From assembly GCA_010015805.1 (NCBI GenBank), contig ML978121.1, forward strand, positions 2,976,001-3,040,000: a DNA stretch of 64,000 nucleotides, given 5' to 3'. Within the stretch, counting starts at the first letter, position 1. The number at the start of each line of letters is the position of its first letter. Below are positions 1 through 12,687 of the stretch, piece by piece. This DNA is from Rhizodiscina lignyota (Eukaryota). The notes under the pieces were generated by a model, which worked only from the letters and a program-made list of their open reading frames with translations, did no database searches and was not told where the DNA came from. Both the position numbers and the translations under genes were made by a program.

Positions 1-62
1 AAACTGAACAATCCACGTGCTGTTCAATCACTTGAAGTTCCATTTTCTCATGTCCAATTGCA

Positions 63-919
63 ATGCCACTAATGCCTGAATCTACTGCAATGGCTACCAC
101 AGTTCCGCCCTCATCCACTCTCCCACCAGAAGTAATAACCTGTCTCCAAAATGCGCGATTCGTATGTCTCTTCTCTTTTCTTCTCAAAGCTCTCACCTTT
201 ATCTCTCGAGTCTTTTATACCCCGCAGTCTCCGAATCTAATCTTCAGTAGCTCCACCTTGCGACCTCTCATGCCAACCAACCCCACATCTCTCTCATGAA
301 CTACACATATCTCCCATCGACTCCTTTCCGTTCCACCCCTACCATAATCATGACTACTCCGCCCGCCTCAAATTCCAAGAAGACCGCCAATCTCCTCGCA
401 AACCCGCAAGTCTCACTCCTCGTACACGACTGGGTCTCCCATCGACCGCCAACACTATCTTCACCAGATCAGCAAACCAGCACAGCCGGCGACGGCAATT
501 CAGCAAGCGGAGGAAGTGCTGTACGTAGCCAGAGTCCCAGCGGCCGAGGCGCATCGAGTCTAGCCAGTCTGCTGCTCGGAATCAACACAGCGGCCCTCTC
601 GCGAATCAGCGTGACGCTGAACGGCGTGGCCGAGATTCTGCCTGAGGACTCGGAAGAAGCGAATTGGTGCAAGGCGCGACATGTGGAGAACAACACGTTT
701 GAGCCTGGACAGTCGTCTAGCATCGGGTCTGGGATCTTTGGCGGGAGCAACGCAGCCAGTGGGGATGGGGATGGGGGCGCAGGGTGCTATATTGAGGGTG
801 AGGAGGTCAGAGTCGTGGTGGTGCGGATACAAGATGGACGGCTATCGGATTGGAAGGGGCGAGTGGAAGATTGGACTGTTGGTGACGGGGAAGGGGAAGG
901 ATTGGTGAATGGAGCATGA
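63..919 (+). CDS. Pyridoxamine 5'-phosphate oxidase-like (FMN-binding split-barrel) protein; 1 intron (162-250)
   Basis: Splicing GTATGT(162)..TAG(250) gives LQNARF-LHLATSHANQPHISLMNYTY...KKTANLLANPQVSLLVHDW, typical of this family. Confidence 0.8.
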
Positions 920-1687
920 AGAATGGCCTTTGACATGGCATTCGAGCACCAAGAGAAGTTGGGATGGGGACAAATGAAGTTGATCTCCTTTCATCGGAGC
1001 TCGTGCAATGATGGTATCGAACAGATGATAACACTTGTCGCAAACTATCCGTGAGTACTTGATACGAGGCTATCCATATCACGCAAGCAGATGTGACCGA
1101 GAGTGGATGATGCATTCTATACGATAATGAGGGTTCACGTTAGCAACATGAACAATGAGAATGAAGTCATGAAGTTCCGATGATTGATTCATGCCTAGTC
1201 GTTTTGACCGATGAAGAAACTAGTGTACATTTTCCGATTGTCTGTTCAGGGTATGCCCATATCCCTATCCGTGCCGTCATCATTGATTCATGAGTGGTAT
1301 AGTGCAGTCAGAACCGTCAAATGCAAATAAACGCCTGCTTAAAGTCCATGATGTGAGAGTGGGGAAGCCATGGACAGCCCTGAAAGCTACTGGTGACCAG
1401 AGCCATAGCGCGAGAGCGTGTTTCTCGCATCATCCCTCGAGTGCCTCCGAGTGTGATCGCTGGCCTCCGGAAGATTTTCAATCGAGACACGCTTTCGGAA
1501 TTGAGACGGAGACTCTTTCGAAGCATCAGGCATGTCGTCGGCAGCATCGCTGTGTGAAGAAAAGTATAAGTATGAACCAAGGTCATCATTCTTTAGGAAG
1601 TGTGCAACGAAGGAAAAGAAGTAGTTCGGCAGGATGTTAGGATGTAGGTGATTGGGCGTTCAGATTGTAGGAGCTTCTGCAAGGCAC

Positions 1688-2965
1688 CTACGTATAGGTC
1701 TTGTTGCCGCCCACAGTCTTGGAGCCGTCAAGGTCGGAGTCGACGCGAGGATCGACCTTGTTCATCATGTCTGAGGAGTGAGGACCCGCCGTATCTAAAG
1801 TAGGTAAGCAAAATTAGCACAGCTCTGAGTTTCATGTTTGCACGAGGGATAACATACTGGGCGCAGGGCCTGGAGCACCACTGCCGGTCACACCAGCACC
1901 GTGAGTACCAGCACCATGAGTACCGCTAGTGCCAAAGCCAGCATCACCGTATCCAGCGCCACCAGTAGTACCAGTCACACCTGAGTCGTAAGTGTTGGTG
2001 CCGGTCACGCCAGTGCCATGCGAATGAGTTCCGTGATGATGAGTTCCGAGACCAGCGTCGGCGGTCACATCATTGCCATATGTGTCGGTGACGCCTGCAC
2101 CACGAGTTGCGCCAGTTCCGAAGCCAGTAGCACCACCGGTGCTGTAGCCAGTAGTACCGGATGCGGCACCCAGGTTGCGAGAACCATCGCGGTCAGAATC
2201 GACACGAGGATCGGCCTTGTTTGCTGTGTGTACCGTCAGTAGCAAATTCAACCATTTTCATCGAGTGAATGACTTACCAAGGTTGCTGCTGTGAGGTCCC
2301 GCACCAGTCGACTGAGTGTTGCCCGTCAAGGTACCTCCGGTAGTCGTGCCTCCATAGCCAGCACCAGCACCATAGCCAGAACCAGCACCATAGCCAGAAC
2401 CAGCACCCAAGTTGCGAGAACCATCGCGGTCAGAGTCCACACGAGGATCGGCCTTATTTGCTGTGTGCACCGTCAGTAAGAAGATCATCCCTTTTCATCA
2501 GGTGAACGACTTACCAAGATTGCTGCTGTGAGGTCCCGCATTGGTCGACTGAGTGTTGCCAGTCAAGGTACCTCCGGTAGTCGTGCCTCCATAGCCAGCA
2601 CCGGCACCAGAACCAGCACCCGCGCCATAGCCAGAATTGCCAAGATTGTCACGGCCAGAATGGACACCAGCGCCATGGCCAGCAGCACCATAGCCAGCAG
2701 CACCGGTCGCACCACCCATGTTGCGAGAACCGTCGGCGTCAGAGTCAACGCGAGGATCAGCCTTGTTCACTGTAATGCCATCAGTTTGGGTCGAAATTGG
2801 GCTTCAAGACAATCACTTACGAAGGTTGTTGCCGTGAGGTCCGGCATTGGTCGACTGAGGATTGTCGGTCACAGTGCCTCCGGCCGTGGTAGTGGTGTTC
2901 TGGTGGTGTTCTGGATGCAACGCCTTATCGACGGCTTCCTTAGCCTTGTTGACGAGGCCAGACAT
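1688..2965 (-). CDS. Fungal dehydrin-like (DPR-motif) Gly/Thr-rich stress protein; 5 exons
   Basis: Four repeats of GPHxxNxxNK(A/V)DPRVDSDxDG. Introns at 2770-2820, 2461-2514, 2224-2277 and 1795-1857 give an open frame from MSGLVNKAKEA to NKTYT*. Confidence 0.8.
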
Positions 2966-3137
2966 TATGATTGATGTGTGCGGTTGTGTACGTGAAGCTT
3001 GAGATGTGAGTGTGCAGCGGAAGTGTAGTGTTGAGTTCAGGGTTGCTTGAAGAGAGTTGTTGTAGTTGTAAGCATTGAGTAGAGAGGGAGAAGCTTAAGT
3101 ACTTCGAAGCCATGCAAGGCAAGAATGAGGAAACGGC

Positions 3138-3145
3138 GACGTCAT
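3138..3145 (-). promoter_or_regulatory. Possible ATF/CRE site (ATGACGTC) upstream of the dehydrin gene
   Basis: Motif lies about 170 bp upstream of the ATG. Fungal dehydrins are known Hog1/SakA-Atf targets, but the motif is short and may be chance. Confidence 0.3.
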
Positions 3146-4621
3146 TCCGTGTAACACCTGCGAAGGCAGGAACGACGTGAAGAGCAACACTTGAAACGAT
3201 GAAAGGGCAATGCAAACACGCATCTACCCTGGTTACGAATGCCGAAGATAGCCATCCTCAAGAGCTGGATTACCGCTTTGGGACGCGTCACTTGCACTTT
3301 CTTAAACCATTACGCAATATGTGCACTCTTGTGCATCAATTAGGCCAGATTCGTTCATAAGCTTTGGGCTGGAGCGTAGGGGTGTCCGACTCTAGCGGAT
3401 ACCTGCGCAAGTGTGAAGTCTTGGAGCGGTTGCGGTTAACTATCGTCATAGTGTGGTTGGTTTAAAATGTCTACGTCTACGATCGTATGGTACCGCACAA
3501 AACTGATGCGTAGAGTATTGCCAAGTGCTAAAGGTGGCTCTTGCCACAAATGCTTAGCAACGACGCAGTTGGTGAAAGAGAAGTCTCTTTCAACTAGTGA
3601 AATTTTTGGATGAAGCAATTGGGGCCCCTTTCATTCACGCTCTAGCTCGACACTTTAACTAGCCCTGGTTGCGTGCGCCTCCTGGAAGAACTTACTATAC
3701 GTTATCGACAGGAACTAAAAAGTGACGTTGTGGCTGCGTCTGTGGCGGTGCTGCGTCATCGCCAAGATGAACCAGAACAAGGGGTGGTGGAAAATCTATG
3801 AATTTGCCGGTCAGAGCTGGGTTTAATTGTCATAATAGCGCTCTCGGTCTCCTCGAAAACAAGATTAGTTCGTAGCTATTGATGAAGATCGTCGCAGTGT
3901 GCCGTGTGCTCTGGTACGTGAGGTAAGATCTGTTTGTCATGTGGTTTCCCGTCGACTACTCTAGCGCACCGCTGTTGTGATCGAGATCAGGCTGTTTGTC
4001 TTGGAGCGAGGTTTGAAACCCAACCGGCTTTCAGCAATCTGTAAACATGGAGACTGAGGAGCTGACTCCGAGGCCTCTTAGAGTTGATATTGTCTCAACC
4101 TCTCGAAAACGGATGTCCGACTTGAGAGGTTGAGATGAGAGTCTGACATGAAAGATATGGTCATCAATTTCTTGGGTTGCGCATTGTCGTCTCGTAATAA
4201 CTCCAAGCATGAAATGGTGATGAGAGGGATGACAATCCACCTGCTGAGCATTGAAGGTCGTTCTTCCTCCGAAGAGCACTTCCAACAGCCAGATGAATTG
4301 CACACTTGTCAATTGAAATTGGGGTTTTCCGTATGCTACAACACCTTCCACTACGTACAGCATTTTGAACGCCTTCCATGCCCTTTTCTATGGGATTTCG
4401 CGCGCGCCAAAGAAATATAACTACATCGTAGAATAGACAGGCTATGCGAAGAGGAGTGGAGTGTTTGCAGCAAAGGAGATGGCTGGACATTATACATAAG
4501 ATTCGCTTCCAACGAAACGGCAAATGGATCTCCAGCTAGATTTCGGTGCTTGGCGACGGAAGCGAGCGGGAAGGCTCGGGTGTGGAGAGGTTAGAGTTGG
4601 CGAAATCAACTACGTGTAGTT

Positions 4622-6201
4622 TTAAGCAAGGACTCGCGTCACCAACCCAGTTGCAACGGTACGGCCGCCTTCGCGGATGTTGAAGCGCTGGCCAGGCTCC
4701 ATTGATAACGGCATCAATGTCTCGCAGACCATCTCGACATTGTCGCCCGGCATTACCATCTTCGCATCTGGATCTGGCGTGCCCTCTGGCCATGAGAGCA
4801 TGCATGATTCGTCTGTCATTCCGTTAATTATCATGGACGGCCCAAAGATCGAGCTTTACTTACCCGCAGTTCTGAGGTACATTTGAGGTCTATAGCCATT
4901 CTGGAAACCAGTGTGTCGGCCACCTTCCTCTTTACTTAGAACGTATAATGACGCCAAAAACTTCTTGTGTGCTTTCGCAGTTCCCGGTAGCGCTATGACC
5001 ATTCCTCTCTTCACATCCTCGCGCTTCACACCACGAAGCAGAAGACCCGACGCGTCACCAGCTCGGCTCTCGTCGCAACTCTTCTTAAACGTCTCGATAT
5101 CTGTGACTTTTGTCTTGATCGGCGCGTCATTCTTGCCCACAAGCTCAACTTCGGTATCCTTCTTCAATGCGCCACGTTCAACTCGGCCAGATGCTACAGT
5201 CCCACGACCGGAAATGGAGAAGACATCTTCGACTGACATCAAGAACGGCTTCTCCAAGTCTCGCTGCGGGGTAGGTATCCATTCGTCAACAGCCTTGAGC
5301 AGTTCGTCAATCTTTTCCACACCAATCTCGTTCCGGCGGCCCTCGAGGGCGCAAAGTGCGGATCCCATGATAATGGGCGTATCATCTCCTTCGAAGCCGT
5401 ATGAAGAGAGGAGCTCGCGCATCTCCATCTCGACGAGTTCCAACATCTCCTGGTCTTCAATTGCGTCCACCTTGTTGACGAAGACCACGATACGTTGGAC
5501 ACCGACTTGACGTGCCAGAAGTAAATGTTCCCGGGTTTGTGGCCTGTGTAAGTAGTTTGTTAGCTCTTCTTTTGTAATAATCGCCAAGGTCATCAAAACT
5601 CATTGTATCTAAGTGTCATACATTTGCCCATCGCTAGCCGCAACCACAATGATTGCACCATCCATTGTGGCCGCACCAGTAATCATGTTCTTGATGTAAT
5701 CTGCATGGCCGGGACAGTCAACGTGTGCATAATGTCGATTATCGGTCTGATATTCGATGTGCGCCGTCGAGATGGTGATACCACGCTTCCGCTCTTCGGG
5801 TGCTTTGTCGATGGCTCCGTACTCGAGGAACGTAGCCATTCCCTTTTCCGCTTGGCGTTTTGTAATTGCTGCTGTCAGAGTCGTCTTCGGCAAGTCAGTG
5901 CAAAGGCACAGAAAGGATGGGATAGGTCGCGTGAGGGGGAAATTACTTTGCCATGATCGACGTGCCCGATTGTTCCTTTGAGGATGTCAGTTTCGAGTCC
6001 AATTGCTCCAGCGGGACAGTAAAGCCTACCAATATTGACGTGTGGCTTGTTGCGCTCAAAGACAGTCGCATAGTTTCTCCATTGCGATGTGTACTGTGCT
6101 CCGCCCCTCGATCCGAGCGCACTCTGGAGCGGGTTCACTCCCTTTTGCTGCCGCAGTGCAGCTCTGGACGTTCGTAGGAAGGCTCTTGAAAAGGTCGACA
6201 T
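4622..6201 (-). CDS. TUF1: Mitochondrial translation elongation factor EF-Tu; 4 introns
   Basis: Motifs [42 protein letters not shown] and [11 protein letters not shown]; Arg/Ser-rich presequence [13 protein letters not shown]. Confidence 0.97.
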
Positions 6202-6620
6202 ATTGTACACAGCTCAACGAGAAGGCCAAAGCTGGAGGGAGGAGAAAGGCAACGGGAACGAAGGAAGAGAGCGGAGTGATGAAAATGTATATCTACAGCT
6301 CGGAGGTTGCGATTTTCTTAGCGCAGAAAAGGAACTCGCGAAATCACGTGCAGCTCCAAGCTTTCAGGAGCTCGAGCTTCAGCCCTACAGAGCTGCGGAG
6401 AAGCATTCCCTGCACTACCGATCCGACCGCTTGCATGTACATGTATTCTAACTTCTAGCTCTGATCCATTGTCCTTGTGCGGCGACCTCCTGTTAGCATT
6501 CTAGCAGAGTCTGTGGCTCGGACTTCCACGTTCGCTGACATCTTTCTTTGGAGCTCGTCAACATCCGAGGTCCAAGGTATCTTGACATAATCTTCACGGG
6601 CACACTATCCATTTCCATAC

Positions 6621-8307
6621 ATGTCTTTAAGGGCGCCAATATTTCGCACAGCGACGTCGCTGAGTCGCTGTACGCGCCACCGACCGATCATCATGCCATT
6701 GAGAGCCAAAATAACCAATCCAGCCGTTGGCGGGGATAGGACGGTAATTGAGCCTCCGCAGTCGTGGAGAGTTATGCTAATGCTCCAGAGTAGCAGGCCA
6801 AACCAATCTCTACAGATGCGATGGTGGAGCAGATTGTAAAGGAGCAACCCGGTGATGAGCCAGACGATGTCATATTCGAGACGAAGTACGGCGTCCGAAC
6901 CATCGAACTGAACAGACCAAAGAAACTCAACTCTCTGAATGGCTCAATGGCCAGGAAGATCATTGCACGGTTAAAGGTACGTCTGACTAGACTGTGGGGA
7001 CTCTTTATATGAGTTGGATGGCTGACTTTACATTGTAGGAATGGGAGAAGTCTCAACTCGCAACCGCAGTCATCATCAAAGGCGCTGGCAGAGCTTTCTG
7101 TGCAGGCGGCGACGTCGCAGCTCTCGCAAAATGGGACGCCGAAGGCCCAGAAGGACAACAAAGATCAGCAGATTACTTCGCTCTCGAATACAAGCTCGAC
7201 CACCTAATTGCCTCGTACGAGAAACCTTACATCGCATTCATCGACGGTATCACGATGGGTGGAGGTGTGGGCCTTTCGACACACGCGCCATTTAGGATAG
7301 CGACAGAGAATACAGTCTTTGCAATGCCGGAGACCACAATTGGCTTCTTCCCGGATGTAGGAGCAAGCTTTTTCCTACCGCGAATGGATGGACAAATGGG
7401 CACATATCTCGCTCTCACATCGGAGCAGATGAAGGGCGTTGACGTATTGTACGTGGTCATCTTTATGCAGCCCTGCCATTCGGTTGGTGGGTATGTTGCT
7501 TTAACACTGACTTCTCACAGCTATCATGGCATCGCAACCCACTATATCCACTCATCCACACTCCCAGACCTTGAAGCCCGCCTCGCCGAACTTACCTTCA
7601 AAGACTACCTCTCCCTCCAAGAGCGCCACGCGGTCATCAACTCCACAATCGAAGAGTTCTGCACTGGTCTCCCCGCTCCTCGCGCGAACATCTCCGGCGC
7701 CCTTCGCCGCGCCGTAGACACCTGCTTCGCACCATCCAATCGTACACCGCCCGCCGTTTTGTCTGCGCTCAAGAACGCAGAGCAGAATGGTGAAACGGAC
7801 GAAATCAAGACATGGGCAAAGAAGACCATCGCAACTATAAACGAGCGGAGCCCGACCAGTGTCGCGGTTACGCTGCGTCAATTGCACACCAGCCGTGCGT
7901 GGAACATTGCGCAGACGTTCCAGCACGAGCATAACATTGCAGCACGTTTCATGGCGCATCCAGACTTCGTGACGGGCGTGACAGCGCGGCTCGTGGATCG
8001 CATCAAAACCCGCCCAGCGTGGAAGCCCAACACTCTTGCCGAGGTCACTGATGCGGAGGTCAATAGTTTCTTCGACAAGGAACCTAAGATGGAGCTGTTG
8101 AACAATAACGAATTGGCCACATATACAGAATATCCGCATGCGTGGATTGGGCTACCGAGGGAAGGCGAGATAGCGCAGATGATGAAGGACCAGCCGAATG
8201 CACAGAAGGCGGAAGTAGTAAAGTTCTTCGTCGACAGGAGTAGAGGAAAGCAGGGTGTAAAAGAGAAGGTTGAGGAAGTATACGATAGGGTGGCCGAAAC
8301 GAAATAA
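6621..8307 (+). CDS. EHD3: 3-hydroxyisobutyryl-CoA hydrolase family protein (crotonase fold; mitoribosomal mS47 homolog); 3 introns
   Basis: Motifs LNRPKKLNSL, AFCAGGDV, DGITMGGGVGLS and FAMPETTIGFFPDVG; mitochondrial-type N-terminus. Intron 1 (from 6744) ends at tandem acceptors TAGCAG (6793/6796). Confidence 0.9.
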
Positions 8308-8901
8308 ATGAAAAGAGACATATTGTGCAATATGTATTACTTGGTAGACATATAAACTGTTACCGCTGGCATAAAATCCCTACTGAAAGGGCATTAGTCT
8401 GTTCCAGAATGCTTGGTTAACATCTTACATGGTTGAAGTACGGCCATCATCGAACTTCTTCCCTTCAGGTGTCCCATGCCATTTCTGGCATCTCCCAGCT
8501 TCCTTACACCGCGCCTCAGCCAGGGAGTCTCATTCCAGCCTCAAAGTTAGTACCTCTGACCGAGATCCTGGAGCCATCCGACTAGGGGCTTTAAGCCACC
8601 TAGGTTAAGGGGGATCCGTCAGCGGAAAACGAGTCGACAAGGAGGTTCGAGGAGGACAAACCTGTAAGGCAGATGAAGTCAACCAGATGACCCGTGGACA
8701 TGCCTTATTCTTCAACTCAAGAGCTAACATGTCTGAAAGGCTGCTGGAATATGGTTTACACAGTGTTTGCAGATGCACTGCTCTTACGTGCACAATGTTT
8801 ATTGACGGAAGAGGATATTTTATGTATCACACCGGTCGCCCAACTCCTCTGTTCAATTTTACGCTTCTTAGCCCCCATCCAACATGAAAGCCAATCACTT
8901 T

Positions 8902-10242
8902 TTAGTCATCATTGGCATCATCACCATCATAATAAAATTCAAATGCATATTTGGAAAGCCAGTACGTGTCGTCCTCCTCGTCATCCACCTCAGCTTCAGA
9001 TGCAACTTCAGAAAGGGAGCCCTCGCCTTCGCCCTCATCCTCGTCCTCGTCCTCGTCCTCATTGTTGCTCATCTCATATTTTAACAACAGATCAGTGGTA
9101 CTCTCTACGTCTGACTCTGTCATATGCCAGAGGTCGTGTTCACGATCTGTTTCATAACACTGCCGCACAGTGATGAATTTCAAGTTAAGCTTGTTGCGGA
9201 GATTACCAATAACCAGATCCCATGAACCGAAAATCTCGATTTGCGCGAGCTGGAGGTTTCGGAGCGTTCGGGCGAATAAACAGAGGAAGGCCTCGAGCTG
9301 AGCAGACTTGATCCATGCAATGGTTTTGATTCGAATTGTCTCAAGCGGCGGTAACTGCGCATCTTGTAGCTGCGAACATGCTTCCAATATCTCCCCAATT
9401 CGAGGGCAACCATCCCAAGAAGGTATCTTGAGGTTGATCTCCTTCAGTGAAGGCGTATGCGCCAGAAAGAGGGAGAGCTTCTGAGGATTTGGTGAATCTG
9501 AAATCTTCATATTAAGACTTAACGTCTTTAATGCGCCCAGGCCGCAACTCCCCGAACCAAACCGGATCATTGGGAGCTCGATATAAGGGATGGGCAGGTA
9601 AGAAAGGCAATTAGTACGTATGTGTCTCCAAGATTTTAGATGCACCTCTATGGCCAAGTCGTTCAGCTGGATGGAGCTTTCAGTCACAACATCAACCAGT
9701 TGTTGAATGATCATGCTGCCGACATATGTGAAAGCGTTAAGTTCGTCGGGTTGCGGTACAGAGAAGCAGAAGGTGTGCCGCCCAAGTGGGTGTCCAAGCC
9801 CACGCTCGTGGTGGAGCTGTGTGAAGCGTATGGAATGACAGTTCTTGAGCCTCCTCAGAGCGGAATCAAGACCGGATCGAATCAGAGAAGATTCCCTCTG
9901 AACGAAGTTGTCCAGGATGTGCCATTGCCTCCAATAGTTTGCCTTTCTTGTGCTCGTTGCCTGGTCTCCAGAATCATCGTCCATTATGTACCACGCGACA
10001 TTGATAGACAACGCGCGCACGGCGTTCGCGAATCGCGGATGGTTTGAGATTTGGTCCAGCCGTTGGAGTGACGGTTTGCTTATGATAAGTTCAACGTGCG
10101 CAAAATTCTTCGCAAATCGGTGGAACGACTTGTCCCGCAATTGCCGGGATGTGAGTCGGAAAGCACGCTGATGGGGTATCGAAAGATGAGAGAAGATGTT
10201 CTCGGTGATTTCCTCCGGAAGCGACTCAAGGGTGGTCGCCAT
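8902..10242 (-). CDS. F-box domain protein with LRR-like body and acidic C-terminal tail
   Basis: F-box pattern LESLPEEITENIFSHL...RAFRLTSRQLR directly after the Met at 10242; single exon; ED-rich tail. Confidence 0.75.
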   Translation of the reverse strand: MATTLESLPEEITENIFSHLSIPHQRAFRLTSRQLRDKSFHRFAKNFAHVELIISKPSLQRLDQISNHPRFANAVRALSINVAWYIMDDDSGDQATSTRKANYWRQWHILDNFVQRESSLIRSGLDSALRRLKNCHSIRFTQLHHERGLGHPLGRHTFCFSVPQPDELNAFTYVGSMIIQQLVDVVTESSIQLNDLAIEVHLKSWRHIRTNCLSYLPIPYIELPMIRFGSGSCGLGALKTLSLNMKISDSPNPQKLSLFLAHTPSLKEINLKIPSWDGCPRIGEILEACSQLQDAQLPPLETIRIKTIAWIKSAQLEAFLCLFARTLRNLQLAQIEIFGSWDLVIGNLRNKLNLKFITVRQCYETDREHDLWHMTESDVESTTDLLLKYEMSNNEDEDEDEDEGEGEGSLSEVASEAEVDDEEDDTYWLSKYAFEFYYDGDDANDD

Positions 10243-10258
10243 AGTCGATATGGAACTT

Positions 10259-10685
10259 GTCAAGCACGAACAACGAAGGCTCGAAGGCTGTTCTGGTTGA
10301 GCTGTTGTAAGAGAGAACAATCTACGAGAGAGAGAAATGCTAATACTTATACGCCTCTCTGGAGCTATGAGACTAGCAGCGCAGCGGAAGGCGTTCAAAA
10401 AATGTGCTTCACCTACTGACAGAATTGAAACTTTCGTGTCCGATGGCTCTCAGATATACGAGTTATCGCTTATGTGACCTTGAGAGTCTCGGTTATCCTA
10501 ATCGGTATCGCGGTTTGCGCGTAAGGTGAAGACGGTGGAGCTAGTCAAGCGCGAACAACGAAGGCGCAGAAGGTGTTTGTTCGAGCTGATTGTAAGAGAG
10601 AACAATCTACGGGAGAGAAAGAAAGCTACCTGTTGTACCCTCTGGAGCTATGACGCCAGCGGCGCCGCGGAAGGTGTATAAAATG
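10259..10685. repeat. Diverged direct repeat of about 145 bp (10259-10404 and 10544-10685)
   Basis: Shared blocks GAACAACGAAGGC, TTGTAAGAGAGAACAATCTACG and CTCTGGAGCTATGA at about 285 bp offset. Confidence 0.85.
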
Positions 10686-11197
10686 GTCCAACACCCCTGG
10701 TGGGGTTCGTGTGATGTGAGCGCGTGTTGCGTAATAGTGGATGGGAGTGAACGCGACTGGTTGGCCGCAAAGGGATAGAATGTTGTCAAGACGCAAGTGG
10801 GTTGCTTGCAGAGGGGAGGAAAAGAGGAAGGTTTGGAAGTGAAGTATTTATCACATCCGCGGCAATGACGCGGTGACACAATAGAGTAAACATAAGGCGA
10901 CATCGGACCGCCAAGAGTACTCATTTGCATCAACACTTATTTTGCCCATTCATTTAACGTTAATGCGAAACACTTAATTCCTAAACTCGACTGTGATTAC
11001 AGTTTTAGTTACAGTTGTTGGCCAATGCCCAATTCCTGGATTCCAAATCATATGAGCCTAATATGCTGGCCGGGGGTATGATATTGAAGGGAAAGGCGAG
11101 CCCCTAGATAAAAGAGAGTTACTGACATTGAACTTCGGTAACCGGAGGGTAGCACAATATCTGAGCAAGTCTTTCTTTCTCACTCAATTACCCATTC

Positions 11198-11956
11198 TCA
11201 CTTCCTCTTCATGGTGGAACTAATATTCGGCTTCTGTGAAATTGTCTGGAGAACCTACTCACGAAACTTATTAGCGAGATTCCAAAAGGGAAAAGGGCAA
11301 AAGAAAATGCAGCAATTCGTATTTTTGGGGACTTGGGGTAACTAACAACACAGTATCGTTCCGTCAATGCCAATAACTTGCTTGTCCGTTCTTCAGTAAC
11401 ATCTCCCTCGAAATCGCACTCAAATTGGAGCCGAATCTCCTTGAATCCTACTGGCGCATTTCGGTCGATTCCTATCAACAGAGGCTTAGCGAACGCAAAT
11501 ATGCATCTTCTGAACTAGCTACCTAGTGTTCCTCTGAAATCCAAGTCTCCGTCTGCTTTTACCGTGGCATCTAAAAGGGGGATTTGCAAAGCCGTTGCCA
11601 CAGCTTTCAGAGTTACACCCGCGCATGCGACCAGAGCTTCCAGGAGCAAGTCTCCTGAGCAAAGCTCCCCACTGATTGCAGCGTCTGGCCCACCCGCTGC
11701 AGGATGTAACCCGGCGACACGTTCTTTGGCCTCTTTGACAGCTGCACCGGTGGACAATTTGCACGCTATTGATGTAGAGCTCAGAGTACCAGACGAGGAA
11801 AGAGTACTGAAACATGTCTATCAGTATGTTACTAACATAGTTGCAAGCAGGGATTTCTTACACGATCGCGGAAGCCGGATCTGCCTTGTATTTCTCCTTA
11901 ATGGGAGCTTGAATAGCGCGTAGCTCTGCGGCGGTTAGGGGCTTTGTCTCGGACAT
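11198..11956 (-). CDS. OsmC/Ohr-like protein; 3 introns
   Basis: GLHPAAGG...LCSGDLLLEALVACAGVT...GDLDFRGTLG...TERYCVV, with both OsmC-type cysteines. Confidence 0.85.
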
Positions 11957-12157
11957 CTTGAAGAAAAAGCGACAGCAGCAAGGCCTGCTCCGTAGGAACT
12001 AATAAGAAGAGTATGTATGAATCGAACCGCAGCTGATTCGCTCCCACCTGTAGTATCAACACAATCAGGTTTGACGTCTATCAGCGAGGTCAAGAGAGGA
12101 GATGTAAAACTTGAAACCGGGGGGTTTTCTTCGAAACTCTTGAAAAGAAAGTCAAAT

Positions 12158-12165
12158 TGACGTCA
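12158..12165. promoter_or_regulatory. Perfect CRE palindrome TGACGTCA upstream of the OsmC-like gene
   Basis: TTGACGTCAA about 200 bp upstream of the ATG; a second near-match, TTGACGTCT, at about 12071. Confidence 0.3.
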
Positions 12166-12687
12166 ACCGAGGAGTCGTTTCGGTGAATGTTGTGCTGCTG
12201 AGGATTTCTACGCAAGACTCCACAAAAACGGCGGCACAATAATCCCCGTTAAGTACGATATGTTCGGGCGGGGTGGCGCCACAGACCCCTGGATTTTTCC
12301 ATTCGTCCATTACTAGTCTGCTCTGTCTATCGTTCAGTAATTATCTTATCTACTTGAATTTAAGTAACTTGCTTTCTCGGATGTTGCACAAATGGGGGGC
12401 CATTGTTTCCTACGAAGATCGATCTATCATGCCAGAAGTCCCGTTGGAGAACTTTGCCACCCCTTGCGTACGTCAAAAGTCAAATGTCAGCCTGGAAACA
12501 GCCAAGTCGCTTCAACATCGCCGAGGTAGATAAGAAAAGATCCAAAATATTCATCCGTCCTGCAAGAGGCCGATCCAATGAAAATGCGGGGTACTTTTAA
12601 ACCTTCATGATGTGCACTAATAGTGTCGATGTGGTTTATCCTCACTTTGACGAAATTCTACCCTAAGAAAGCGGATTTCTTCACACG

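Noticed and set aside
1832..2974. Separate small ORFs with repeated NKADPRVDSD, and a regular repeat that could suggest a CRISPR-like array
   Set aside because: They are exons of one spliced dehydrin gene; the repeats are coding and the genome is eukaryotic.
3216..4600. Overlapping 60-120 aa ORFs between the dehydrin and TUF1
   Set aside because: No recognisable motifs or coherent exon structure; treated as intergenic.
7449..7520. 24-aa insertion in the EHD3 ORF
   Set aside because: It is a stop-free 72-nt GT-AG intron read through by the ORF finder.
10243..10398. N-terminal extension of the 498-aa F-box ORF
   Set aside because: It begins at a non-ATG codon and runs through the duplicated non-coding repeat; the Met at 10242 directly precedes the F-box.
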